A stretch of 64,000 nt of DNA, taken from NCBI GenBank assembly GCA_965249575.1, contig OZ252244.1:1152001-1216000 (forward strand). The letters are read 5' to 3'. The stretch is from Gemmatimonadales bacterium. Its GTDB lineage: Bacteria; Gemmatimonadota; Gemmatimonadetes; Gemmatimonadales; GWC2-71-9. The translations under genes were made by a program, and so were the position numbers. This document shows positions 1 to 8,991 of the stretch, in pieces. The stretch's first letter is position 1; every line of letters starts with the position of its first letter. Below the pieces are notes generated by a model. It was not told the origin of the DNA and searched no databases. It worked only from the letters and a program-made list of their open reading frames with translations.

Positions 1-1
1 C

Positions 2-232
2 CGTGTTCTCGATCGCGTCCAGTTCGGCCCGGCGCTCACGGACGCCGTGCGCATAGACGCCCTGGAAGTTCGGCGCGAGGTAACGACCGACGAGGTAGCG
101 GTTGCCGTTCCGCACTGCTTCCCAGACGGAACGTTCAAACGTCACAATGTCCGGCGCCGCGACGCTTTGAGTCAGTGCCAGGCCGGGGGATAGCAGCAGG
201 AAGACGAGAGGGATTGCGAGCGTGAGCCTCAT
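2..232 (-). CDS. Secreted protein, possibly NTF2-like/DUF4440 (partial, runs off the left edge)
   Basis: Manual translation MRLTLAIPLVFLLLSPGLALTQSVAAPDIVTFERSVWEAVRNGNRYLVGRYLAPNFQGVYAHG...; signal peptide; GGAGG upstream of the ATG at 232. Confidence 0.55.
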   Translation of the reverse strand, partial: MRLTLAIPLVFLLLSPGLALTQSVAAPDIVTFERSVWEAVRNGNRYLVGRYLAPNFQGVYAHGVRERRAELDAIENT

Positions 233-362
233 GGTGCCTCCCAGAGACTGTGAAGGATCGCGAATGAAGCTGGCGGTGTGAGACCTCCCCTAGTCTTCAG
301 GATACCGCGCGCCCAGGAATCGTCGTGGCTGGGCGGATTCCGAGCTGGCAGGGGTCGGAGGG

Positions 363-740
363 TTAACAACCCTTCTGTTTCGACTTTCGATACCCGCCCT
401 CTCGCGCTTCCGCCTCGGACGCGAAATAGATGAGATTTGCCCGAGAGAGTTGACGGGCTCCACTGCATCCCTCGCGATAGTAGACCGTGCCCCTCGAGGA
501 CGCGACCCACCGGACCGCAGTACGAGCGGGAGCGGCTTCGGAGGCAGGGTCAGCAGCCGGCGTTGCTGTAGGCCTCGGCGAGGGCGTACGGCGCGGCGTC
601 TCGATGCGACAGGTCTTGTTCCGGGCTATACACGCATTCCCACACGGTTTGCCCTTAACGCAGTTCTTCTGGGCGTCAACGGGGGGCGTGGCGAGAAGCA
701 GTGCGGTCACCGCGAGGAGGATCGTGGTGCGCGTCATCAT
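363..740 (-). CDS. Small secreted Cys-motif protein with C-terminal Ada metal-binding-like domain
   Basis: Signal peptide; CVKGKPCGNACIARNKTC; Pro/Ala linker; WVASSRGTVYY..GC...IYFASEAEAREGGYR; GGAGG RBS. Confidence 0.7.
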   Translation of the reverse strand: MMTRTTILLAVTALLLATPPVDAQKNCVKGKPCGNACIARNKTCRIETPRRTPSPRPTATPAADPASEAAPARTAVRWVASSRGTVYYREGCSGARQLSRANLIYFASEAEAREGGYRKSKQKGC

Positions 741-1026
741 ACGGACCTCCCTGGTTTTCTAAGATCGCCCGGCCAGGCTCGTCCGGACCGCCTCCAGGCA
801 CCGAAGGCGCATCTCGGCCGTGATCCCGACCGTCTCGTCCATCCAGCGACTTCAGAATCGGGAGGAGCTCCCTCGCCAGGCTGACGCGTTGTGTTGGGCT
901 GAGCTCCGGCCAGTGCACGTCGAGTAGCTGTAGGACGCGGTCGACGACATCCCCGTCCGGGATGGTGCGAAATTCGTCGGACAGGCGGCGGGCGATGGTG
1001 CGGTCCCGACCGGTCAACTTGGCCAT
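676..1026 (-). CDS. Hypothetical protein
   Basis: ATG-started ORF co-oriented with its neighbours; the overlap with the next gene makes the 3' end uncertain. Confidence 0.4.
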   Translation of the reverse strand: MAKLTGRDRTIARRLSDEFRTIPDGDVVDRVLQLLDVHWPELSPTQRVSLARELLPILKSLDGRDGRDHGRDAPSVPGGGPDEPGRAILENQGGPYDDAHHDPPRGDRTASRHAPR

Positions 1027-1289
1027 ACCACGTACACGTTGGGACCTCGACCGCCCGGTGATCCGGGATCTACTCCGACGTTACAGCGGGATCATCCACA
1101 AGATCGGGCGGAAGGCGTGCAAACCGGAGCTCGTGCGCGAGCAGGCGGTCGCCACGGCCAACGTCTGCCACCCACTCGTCGAGCTCCTCGCGTGGAGCGA
1201 TCGGCTGAAGGACGACGAGGCGCTCCAGATGCTCAAGGAGCAGCCGGCCACGTTCGTCAAGATGCTCGGTCGCGTGTTCGGGGATCCGC

Positions 1290-1808
1290 TCAAGTCTTCT
1301 GCTCGGCCCGCTGGAGTGGGACCCGTCGACGGCTGTGTCTGTTCTCGTCCACCATTAACCGGTCGAGTGGAGCGAACTCACCAGAATACGTCCGCCTCAG
1401 CGTCGCCAAGATACGGACACATGCGCTGTAGCGGTCCTTCCGATCCCGAACCTCGCGGGGCCAATCGTCCCGGTTCCAGTGCTTCGCACAGCGCCGGACT
1501 TCACGGCGCAGCCAACGCCAGTACTCGTCAAAACGCTGTGTAGCCTGAGGGGTCAACACTGCTTTGAAGAGATCGCCTTCCCATCGACTAATTGCCCGTC
1601 CGGAGACGTCGTCCGGTGGCAGGTAGCGATAGAAAGCCCCGAACACCGTGCCATTGATGGTCTGGCCTCCTTGTGCGGCGCGGAGACGCCAGAACGTCCC
1701 AGCGCCGATGTCGAGTTGTTTGGCGGCCGCGCGCCAGGAGCCTTCCCATCGCTCAACCTGTCTACAGACCCGTGCCAAACGGGCCTTGTCCACCACTCGT
1801 AGGAGCAT
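1290..1808 (-). CDS. Putative HTH regulator/repressor of the element
   Basis: N-terminal SWRAAAKQLDIGAGTFWRL looks like an HTH; divergent from the xis-primase operon. Confidence 0.5.
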   Translation of the reverse strand: MLLRVVDKARLARVCRQVERWEGSWRAAAKQLDIGAGTFWRLRAAQGGQTINGTVFGAFYRYLPPDDVSGRAISRWEGDLFKAVLTPQATQRFDEYWRWLRREVRRCAKHWNRDDWPREVRDRKDRYSACVRILATLRRTYSGEFAPLDRLMVDENRHSRRRVPLQRAEQKT

Positions 1809-1869
1809 TCCAAAGCACCCCTAAAATGAGATCTGGAATGGAATCACCCTTCGTAGTATCTGTGGATCT

Positions 1870-2142
1870 GTGACGATGCGCAAGCACTTCGGAACGGGAG
1901 GATCTGTGGAGATCACACTACCGACAGCAGCTCATCGGCTAGGCGTCGCGTGGACGGTCGCTTATAGGTGGGCGCTCGAGGGTCGCATTGAAGCCCGTCA
2001 AGAGGGGCGGAGATGGAAGATCAATTCGGAGAGTGTTGAGCGACTCTCCCGTGAGCTCGCCGAAGAGAGTGAGCCCGCGCCGGGCTACCTGAGCGCGAAG
2101 CGGGCGCCCCGACCGAGCGCCCGCCTTGGAAAGTGGCCATGA
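1870..2142 (+). CDS. Excisionase-like HTH DNA-binding protein
   Basis: ITLPTAAHRLGVAWTVAYRWALEGRIEARQEGRRWKI matches the MerR-like/HTH_17 excisionase pattern. Confidence 0.75.
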   Translation: MTMRKHFGTGGSVEITLPTAAHRLGVAWTVAYRWALEGRIEARQEGRRWKINSESVERLSRELAEESEPAPGYLSAKRAPRPSARLGKWP

Positions 2143-2172
2143 ACGCACGCACGATACTTACACCTCCCGGCC

Positions 2173-4452
2173 ATGTCCACCGCCACCGCGACTGAAGTTG
2201 ACAGCCGGATGTTGCGCGCTGCGCTTTGGTACGCCGAGCGCGGCATGCCCGTTCTCCCCCTTCACACACCGAAGAACGGACGCTGCAGCTGCGGGCGTTC
2301 CGATTGCCCGAACCCCGGCAAGGACCCGCGTATTCAGGGAGGGTACGAGAACGCCACGACGGAGGTAACAACCATTCGTGGGTGGTGGTCGAGGTGGCCG
2401 GATGCAAACATCGGCGTCGTACCAGGCAGAGCTGGCCTCATTGTGTTCGACGTTGACGGCCCGGAAGGTAAAGCGTCGGCTCGGGCACTCGGTCTGCTCG
2501 CTGAGCCGACCGTGACCACGACGACGAGCCGCGGGGTGCACCTTTTCTTCCGCCATCCTGGTGGTGGGATCGGGAATCGGTTTCCTGGCGTCGATCACAT
2601 TGATGTCCGTGCGGACAAGGGGTACGTCATTGTCCCTCCGTCCCTGCACGTCACTGGGCATGTGTATGAGTGGCTCCGGTTCGACGGCGTGGCCCCGCTT
2701 CCAGTTCCACCGCTCGCTCTCGCCGCTCTTCGCAACGGCAAGAAGGCGCCGAAGTCAGCACTCCCTCTTGCCAATTCAATCACCAAGGGGGCGCGCAACA
2801 ACGCGTTGATGAGCTTTGCGGGCTCCATGCGGCAGCGCGGGATGGGCGAGCCTGCTATTCTCGCGGCGCTCCGGGAAGAAAACGCGACGCGCTGTCAGCC
2901 ACCGCTCCATGATGGGGAGCTCGGAACGATTGCTCGCTCGGCCGCACGGTATCCCCCCGAAGCCACGCGCCCGGCGCCTGAGCACCTGACCGACCTTGGG
3001 AACGCGCGCCGATTGGTTCGCCTCTATGGAGCTCGTGTACGGTACGCGCCCGCCCGAGGAAGCTGGCTCGTCTTCGACGGGCGACGATGGGCACACGATG
3101 AAACCGGGGAGGTTGCCCGCCACGCGAAGGCAACCGTCGCGAGTATCTATGAGGAAGCCGCTGTCACCCAGAGCGGCGAGCAACGCAAGGCAATCGCTTC
3201 CTGGGCGACGAAATCCGAATCCGAGCCCCGGCTGCGGGCACTGATAGCCCTCGCCAAAACGGAGCCGGGTATTCCCGTCACGATCGGAGAACTTGATCGC
3301 GACCCCTGGGTTCTCAATGTTGCGAACGGCACGCTCGAGCTCCGAACGGGAACCCTTCGCCCACACGATCCGAAGGACCTCATCACCAAGCTTGCCGATG
3401 TCGCCTACGATGTCGATGCGACCGCGTCGCGATGGCAGTCTTTTCTCGCGCGGGTTTTCGAGGGTGACGAGAGCGTAATCACGTTCGTGCAACGAGCTGT
3501 CGGCTACACCCTCACCGGCAGCATCATTGAACAGATCATCCTGCTCCTCATCGGAACGGGCGCTAACGGAAAGTCTGTCTTCGTCGAGACGGTTCGGGCG
3601 TGTCTCGGCGACTATGCGACTGCCACCGATTTCGCAACGTTCCTCGTCACGAAGCACGATGCCGTGCGGAACGATCTCGCCCGGCTTGTCGGTGCACGGC
3701 TGGTCACCGCCGTCGAGGTTGACCAGGGTGGGCGCTTCTCGGAACCGGTCATCAAGACCATTACCGGCGGTGACGTCATCACCGCGCGGTTCCTCTTCCG
3801 TGAGTTCTTTGAGTTTCAGCCGCAGTTCACGATGCTCCTCGCCGCGAATCACAAGCCGACGGTCAGGGGCACGGAACACGCCATCTGGCGCCGGATCAAG
3901 CTGGTGCCCTTCAATGTGACGATCCCACCCCAGGAGCAGGATCGTCACCTGCTGGCCAAGCTCCGAGAGGAGCTCCCTGGGATCCTTCGGTGGGCCGTGG
4001 AAGGGTGCCTCGCGTGGCAGCGGGAAGGCCTGGGCGATCCTTCCGTAGTCCGCACCGCTACTGAACGATATCGCGATGAAATGGACGCCCTCGCCGGCTT
4101 TCTCGACGAATGCGTCGTCCTAAAGGCTTCCCAACGTTCAGGAGCTTCAGTCCTCTACCGGACATACGTTCAGTGGTGCGAGCGCGTAGGCGAACGATCC
4201 ACGAGCCAGCGCCGATTCGGGCAACGCCTTGCGGAACGGGGCTTTACGAAGTCGAGATCAGGATCACGCGGCCAATACGTCTGGCACGGACTCGGCCTCG
4301 CCGAACCACCTGAGCAGTCCGAACCTTTTTCCGCATACTCTCCTATTGAATCCCCTACACGAAGTAAGTACCCGAAAAAAGCTTCAGTGGGCCAGTTGGT
4401 TCAGTATGAGGACGCCGAGCGGGCGGCAATCGAGCAGGAGGGCCAGGAGTGA
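2173..4452 (+). CDS. Phage/plasmid primase-helicase, P4 family (Prim-Pol + PriCT + D5_N + SF3 helicase)
   Basis: NIGV/VFDVD/GVHLFF Prim-Pol motifs; GARNNAL PriCT; TDLGNARR; Walker A GTGANGKS; AIWRRIKLVPF. Confidence 0.92.
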   Translation: MSTATATEVDSRMLRAALWYAERGMPVLPLHTPKNGRCSCGRSDCPNPGKDPRIQGGYENATTEVTTIRGWWSRWPDANIGVVPGRAGLIVFDVDGPEGKASARALGLLAEPTVTTTTSRGVHLFFRHPGGGIGNRFPGVDHIDVRADKGYVIVPPSLHVTGHVYEWLRFDGVAPLPVPPLALAALRNGKKAPKSALPLANSITKGARNNALMSFAGSMRQRGMGEPAILAALREENATRCQPPLHDGELGTIARSAARYPPEATRPAPEHLTDLGNARRLVRLYGARVRYAPARGSWLVFDGRRWAHDETGEVARHAKATVASIYEEAAVTQSGEQRKAIASWATKSESEPRLRALIALAKTEPGIPVTIGELDRDPWVLNVANGTLELRTGTLRPHDPKDLITKLADVAYDVDATASRWQSFLARVFEGDESVITFVQRAVGYTLTGSIIEQIILLLIGTGANGKSVFVETVRACLGDYATATDFATFLVTKHDAVRNDLARLVGARLVTAVEVDQGGRFSEPVIKTITGGDVITARFLFREFFEFQPQFTMLLAANHKPTVRGTEHAIWRRIKLVPFNVTIPPQEQDRHLLAKLREELPGILRWAVEGCLAWQREGLGDPSVVRTATERYRDEMDALAGFLDECVVLKASQRSGASVLYRTYVQWCERVGERSTSQRRFGQRLAERGFTKSRSGSRGQYVWHGLGLAEPPEQSEPFSAYSPIESPTRSKYPKKASVGQLVQYEDAERAAIEQEGQE

Positions 4453-4719
4453 CGGACTACGCCCAACTGGCTCGGGTCGCTCGAGGATTACACCTCCATT
4501 GTGATCGGTTGGGTGACGGCGGGCCTGATGATCAGCGGCGGCAGCGCACCACGCATCGTCGATCCGGAGCGCCACGAGTGCACTTGCCCGGAGTTCACGG
4601 CGCGCCGAAATGAGTGCAAGCATCTGTTTCGCGCGCGCCTGCTCAACGTCGACGATGAGCTCCTCGGCGCACTGAGAGTTCTGATTCCGAACCCGAGCCG
4701 CGGGAGACGGGTCGCATGA
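4449..4719 (+). CDS. SWIM zinc-finger protein, apparently frameshifted near 4520
   Basis: GTG overlapping the primase stop gives MTDYAQLARVARGLHLHCDRLGDG; the +1 frame continues LMISGG...ECTCPEFTARRNECKH (CxC...CxH). Confidence 0.6.
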
Positions 4720-4958
4720 CAGCGAAGGCGCCGAGCGTCCTGAAGCTCACGCCGGCAGAGATCCCTGATCCACCCCCGGACCGCGGGCGCCTGCTTGACG
4801 CAGAGGGTGTCGCGGCGGAGATCCTTGGAGGACTGGTCACGCCGAGGTGGGTGACCCGAAACGTGACGGTCGGCAAGGTGAAGATCGGTCACGTCAAACG
4901 TGGGTGGTTCGAGAAGGATGTCCGTGCCTGGCTCGAGCTTCAGCGCGAGGAGAACTGA
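4716..4958 (+). CDS. AlpA/excisionase-like small DNA-binding protein
   Basis: LLDAEGVA...VKIGHVKRGWFEKDVRAWL; ATGA coupling to the upstream gene; directly precedes the integrase. Confidence 0.65.
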   Translation: MTAKAPSVLKLTPAEIPDPPPDRGRLLDAEGVAAEILGGLVTPRWVTRNVTVGKVKIGHVKRGWFEKDVRAWLELQREEN

Positions 4959-4959
4959 G

Positions 4960-6036
4960 ATGCCTAGCCGTGTCCCCGACAGCAGGAACTTTCGCTTCAA
5001 CCGCTACGTCCGCGGCGTTGGCCGCATCACCAACAGCGCGCGCACGTCGAGGAAAACGGAGTTCGACTACCGGAACGGGATTCTCACGAAGCTGATCAAG
5101 GCCGGTGCGCTAGAGACGCTCCAGCTCTTCAAGAACGGGCGCCTCACGATCGAGGAGCTCGTCGACGCAGATCGACAGCAACGGCTCGAGCAAGTCGCCG
5201 AACGGTTGCTCCTGCACCGCCGGCTCGACGTATCGATCGAGGCGTGGCTCCCAGAGAGCGCAAAGACCGAAGTGAGTCAGAAGCGATACGGGTGTAGTTG
5301 GCGCCGGTTCCAGTCGATCGCGATCGCCAACCGACAGCTCACGGCGACCGCCACCATCCACGATCTCAACCGCGTTGACTATCACAAGCTCAAGCGAGGG
5401 TGGGGAGCGAGTGACGCGGATTGGAACCGGATGCGGGCCATGCTCTCCGCGTTCCTGAGCGACTACCTCGGTCACATGCATCACCCGTTCCGGCTCAAGG
5501 TCATGGGGCGGATTCCTCGCGGCGCTGAGTCTGACGGCCGAGTGCCCCAAACGACACCGGAGGAGTTCTGGTGTGTCGTGATGGCCGCGGAACCGCATGT
5601 GCAGGCCAGCTACGTGGCGATGGCTGTCCTCGGCGTCGGTCCTGGCGAATATCTCGGCATTCGCGAGGAGGATCTCTCGGTCGAACAGCTCACCGTCGTG
5701 ATCAATGGCACCAAGACCCCGCGGCGGCGGCGGGTGGTTGCGGTTGATGAGCGTCTGTGGGGATGGATCGAGCGCGCGGTGCCGTCGCAGCTGCAGTACA
5801 AGTGGCTCCGGACCAACTGGGGGAGGGCGTGCAAGGCTGCGGGCGTCAGCGGTCTTCGGATGTACGACCTGCGTCACCTCTCGGCGCAGTACGCTGGCGA
5901 CCGGGGTGTCACCGACCGTGACCTCACGATTCACCTCGGACACACAAACCCGACGATGTCGCACCGCTACAGCCGACGGGCGACGGCGCGCGGCGTGGCG
6001 AAGGCGATCGGAGACGTCCTGGCGGAGGCGATGTGA
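4960..6036 (+). CDS. Tyrosine recombinase/integrase with atypical box I
   Basis: GTKT, YDLRH and LGHTNPTMSHRY motifs; box I reads LGVGPGEYLGI. Confidence 0.88.
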   Translation: MPSRVPDSRNFRFNRYVRGVGRITNSARTSRKTEFDYRNGILTKLIKAGALETLQLFKNGRLTIEELVDADRQQRLEQVAERLLLHRRLDVSIEAWLPESAKTEVSQKRYGCSWRRFQSIAIANRQLTATATIHDLNRVDYHKLKRGWGASDADWNRMRAMLSAFLSDYLGHMHHPFRLKVMGRIPRGAESDGRVPQTTPEEFWCVVMAAEPHVQASYVAMAVLGVGPGEYLGIREEDLSVEQLTVVINGTKTPRRRRVVAVDERLWGWIERAVPSQLQYKWLRTNWGRACKAAGVSGLRMYDLRHLSAQYAGDRGVTDRDLTIHLGHTNPTMSHRYSRRATARGVAKAIGDVLAEAM

Positions 6037-6650
6037 CTGACGAACGTCAGGAAAAGGAACATCAGGAGAAGGTTAGCCACTACCTCGACTGGATCGACAG
6101 CGAGCTCCAGCACTTCTCCTCGTACCATGACCACAAGGAGCGTATGGCATGGATCGCAACGGCCCTCTACGTGCCAGCGGTAATCGTCTTCGGTCAGGCA
6201 GCAAGTGACGAAATCTGTGGAGGCGCTTGGCGATGGGTCCTCACGGCCCTTCTCGTTGGTGCCTGTAGCTACGTACTGATGTTCCTCTCCATGCAGTTCA
6301 ACCGCCGATGGGTCGCTGCTGATGTGAGTAAGGGACTGCGCCGAGCACGAGAATGCGTGATCAGTTCTCCAACGTGTGTTGAGGACAACCAACTTACCCC
6401 GGTCGAGGATTTCGATGTCGAATGGCCTCACTTCATTACGGCGCAAGTAGAGGCCGCACGAACGCCTCGTCAGCTACGTGACAACCTGGGTGGGATGGTC
6501 CGCGGGGCGACCTTTACGTGGTGTAGGTTCGCATGCTCCAACAAGCTCTGGCAGATACAGCCGGTCGAGTGGCGGACCCGAACCGAGGCAGCCAGCTACG
6601 GCGTCGTAGTCCTCGGAACAGCGATTGGGATCGGAGCGATTTGGATATGA
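6033..6650 (+). CDS. Hypothetical membrane protein (element cargo)
   Basis: GTGA coupling to the integrase; two N-proximal and one C-terminal hydrophobic segments. Confidence 0.65.
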   Translation: MTDERQEKEHQEKVSHYLDWIDSELQHFSSYHDHKERMAWIATALYVPAVIVFGQAASDEICGGAWRWVLTALLVGACSYVLMFLSMQFNRRWVAADVSKGLRRARECVISSPTCVEDNQLTPVEDFDVEWPHFITAQVEAARTPRQLRDNLGGMVRGATFTWCRFACSNKLWQIQPVEWRTRTEAASYGVVVLGTAIGIGAIWI

Positions 6651-6723
6651 CGCACAGGTTGCCGCACAGGGTGGGAGCTGGACGCCGTCGCGTCGAGCCG
6701 ATAAGTCGTTGTACTGTCAGTAG

Positions 6724-6796
<73 letters not shown>

Positions 6797-6878
6797 GATC
6801 CGGTTTAAACTATGGATAGGCGCAGCAGAGAACTCAAGCGGGGGGCGAAAGAGATTGATAACGCGAGGCAGCTCCACG

Positions 6879-8294
6879 ATGAGCATCCATGGCTCAGGTC
6901 GTCGTGACTCGCGTCGACGGCTAGCGTCGATTGCTCGAAGGGCCGCCCGCTCCCGGCACCGGCTCCTCGGGCCGGCGTTGCTCTGGGTTATCGCCGTGGG
7001 GTGCCGCAGTCAGTCCGCTCCAGGTGGCGATGCGCGTTCCTTCGAGGTGTGGGCGCGGCGACACGCAGCACCCATCGCATCGGTCGAGCCCGGGCACGCC
7101 CTGGACGATCTTGAGCCTCTCCGGGAGATCGTCGGGGATGCCCGCGTCGTCGCCGTAGGTGAGAGCCTCCACGATGTGCACGAATTCCTCGCGCTCAAGC
7201 ACCGCACGTTCGAGTACCTGGTGATGGAGCTGGGATTCACCGCCCTCGCGATGGAAACCGGCTTGCCCGAATCCAGGCTGGTCTACGACTACGTACTCGG
7301 TGCCGCCACGGATCCCACCCTACTCCGGCGTGCCGGATTCACCTGGGGGTTCGGCGAATGGCGGGAGACGTGGACCCTCATCGAGTGGATGCGGAGCTAC
7401 AACCAGGATCCCGCGCACGATCGGAAAATCCGCTTCTATGGCATCGATCTCACCGGCGGCCGCGACGACACCTTTACCGATGCGCGGCCTGCGATCGACG
7501 GGACACTCGGGTACCTGCGTGGAGTCGACAGCGCATACGCACGGTCGGTCGCGCGAACCTTGCTGCCGTTGACCGAGCTTGCGACATACCAAGCATTCCC
7601 TGTCCTGCGGGCAGAGACACGCTCAGCCTACGCGACCGCGGTAGGGGCGCTGGTGGATCGGTTCGAGTTGCAGCGGGTGGTGTATCTCTCACGCACATCC
7701 GACGTCGAGTTCCAGTGGGCCCACCGCCACGCCATCGCGGCGCGGCAGCTGGTCACGAGCTTCTGGGCCATTCCTGTGGGAGGAGCAGGACCCGGCGATC
7801 TCCCGGAGGGAGCTGAGCTCGAGTACAGCAGCCGCGACCGGGCAATGGCGGACAACGTCGGATGGGTGCTGGAGCGGGAGGGGCCGGGGGGACGGGTCGC
7901 CGTCTTCGCACACAACGTCCACGTGCAACGGGTCCCGCCGAAGGGATCGGGCGCAGTCCCCTACCACATCCCACCGACCGTGATGGGACAGTATCTCGAC
8001 GCAACGCTGGGTGACCAGCTGGTCGTCATCGGATCTGCCTTCGGTCGGGACGCCGAGCACTTACCATCTTCTCGACCGGAGCGTGGCAGCGTCGACGAGA
8101 CACTCTCCGCAGCGGGTCCGCCGGTGTTCCTCCTGAACCTGAGATCGGCGCCTGCTGTGGGACCGGTCGGCGAGTGGCTGGACGGCGAGCGAAAGTATCG
8201 GAGCACCAGCGGGTATTACGAAGTGCGGCCGCGTGCGGCGTTCGATGCCCTGTACTTCGTCAAGGAGATTCACGCTGCCCAGCCGCTACGGTGA
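6879..8294 (+). CDS. Erythromycin esterase family protein, probable lipoprotein
   Basis: ARVVAVGESLH, GFTALAMETG, IRFYGID, RDRAMADN, AHNVHV and FDALYF motifs; IAVGC lipobox-like; start uncertain. Confidence 0.85.
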   Translation: MSIHGSGRRDSRRRLASIARRAARSRHRLLGPALLWVIAVGCRSQSAPGGDARSFEVWARRHAAPIASVEPGHALDDLEPLREIVGDARVVAVGESLHDVHEFLALKHRTFEYLVMELGFTALAMETGLPESRLVYDYVLGAATDPTLLRRAGFTWGFGEWRETWTLIEWMRSYNQDPAHDRKIRFYGIDLTGGRDDTFTDARPAIDGTLGYLRGVDSAYARSVARTLLPLTELATYQAFPVLRAETRSAYATAVGALVDRFELQRVVYLSRTSDVEFQWAHRHAIAARQLVTSFWAIPVGGAGPGDLPEGAELEYSSRDRAMADNVGWVLEREGPGGRVAVFAHNVHVQRVPPKGSGAVPYHIPPTVMGQYLDATLGDQLVVIGSAFGRDAEHLPSSRPERGSVDETLSAAGPPVFLLNLRSAPAVGPVGEWLDGERKYRSTSGYYEVRPRAAFDALYFVKEIHAAQPLR

Positions 8295-8381
8295 CCCGTC
8301 GCGGCGCAGCCGGTCCCCGCCGTTCGGTCTTTGCCGGCGTGAGGAGAACGAGCGCGCCTCGCCCGCTTATATTGCGCCCCC

Positions 8382-8918
8382 ATGGTAATCGACGGCTTCG
8401 GCCCGGGCGGTGCGTACCGCACGCGACTCCTCACACCACCGGACCTGCGCGATCTCCAGGCGCTGTTCGAGCGCGCCACGGACTATTTCGAGCTCGCCAC
8501 GGGGAAACCGCCGGCGCGTGACGAAGCGCCCAGGGCGTTCGTAGCCGGGCCGACGACGAAGCAAGTCACCGACAAGCGTGTGATCGGCATAATCGCACGT
8601 GGAGGCGGGTTGGTCGGTGTACTCGACGCAATCGTCGACTGGCCCTCGGACGGAGAGTGGACGATGGGCATGCTGTTGCTCGATCCCGCGCATCGCGGTC
8701 TCGGCGTGGGGTCCGCGGTACTCTCCTCCTATGAAGCATGGGCCGCTCAACACGGTGTGCACAGACTGCGGACGGCCGTTGTTTCGCGTCACCAACGGGG
8801 CATCGATTTCCTCACGCGGAGCGGATATTCACCCGTTTCCCCACCTGAATCGACTGCCGCAGGGAGCCCGTCCGAGGGAGTGACCTTCTTAATCAAACGC
8901 ACAAAAAGCTTGTCCTAG
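8382..8918 (+). CDS. GNAT N-acetyltransferase
   Basis: LLLDPAHRGLGVGS acetyl-CoA motif A. Confidence 0.85.
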   Translation: MVIDGFGPGGAYRTRLLTPPDLRDLQALFERATDYFELATGKPPARDEAPRAFVAGPTTKQVTDKRVIGIIARGGGLVGVLDAIVDWPSDGEWTMGMLLLDPAHRGLGVGSAVLSSYEAWAAQHGVHRLRTAVVSRHQRGIDFLTRSGYSPVSPPESTAAGSPSEGVTFLIKRTKSLS

Positions 8919-8991
8919 GGAAAGAAACATTTACTTTGGATGCGTGTTGGGGCTGGTTTTCAACCACTCACCACGTTCTCCGAGGTCCGAA

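Larger units (their letters stand above)
1..6723. mobile_element. Integrative element (satellite/PICI-like or integrated plasmid) at the tRNA-Lys 3' end; left boundary not in window
   Basis: Divergent HTH regulator, xis-like HTH, P4-type primase-helicase, AlpA-like gene and tyrosine recombinase next to the tRNA 3' end; no capsid or terminase seen. Confidence 0.8.

Noticed and set aside
962..1543. Plus-strand 193-aa ORF in the element
   Set aside because: The central part has coding-like codon usage, but it overlaps two minus-strand ORFs and has no clear start or motif; unresolved
2776..3948. Long antisense ORFs (e.g. 2776-3948, 5110-5964, 19007-20260, 58268-59554)
   Set aside because: Shadow or alternate-frame ORFs of well-supported genes, expected in high-GC DNA
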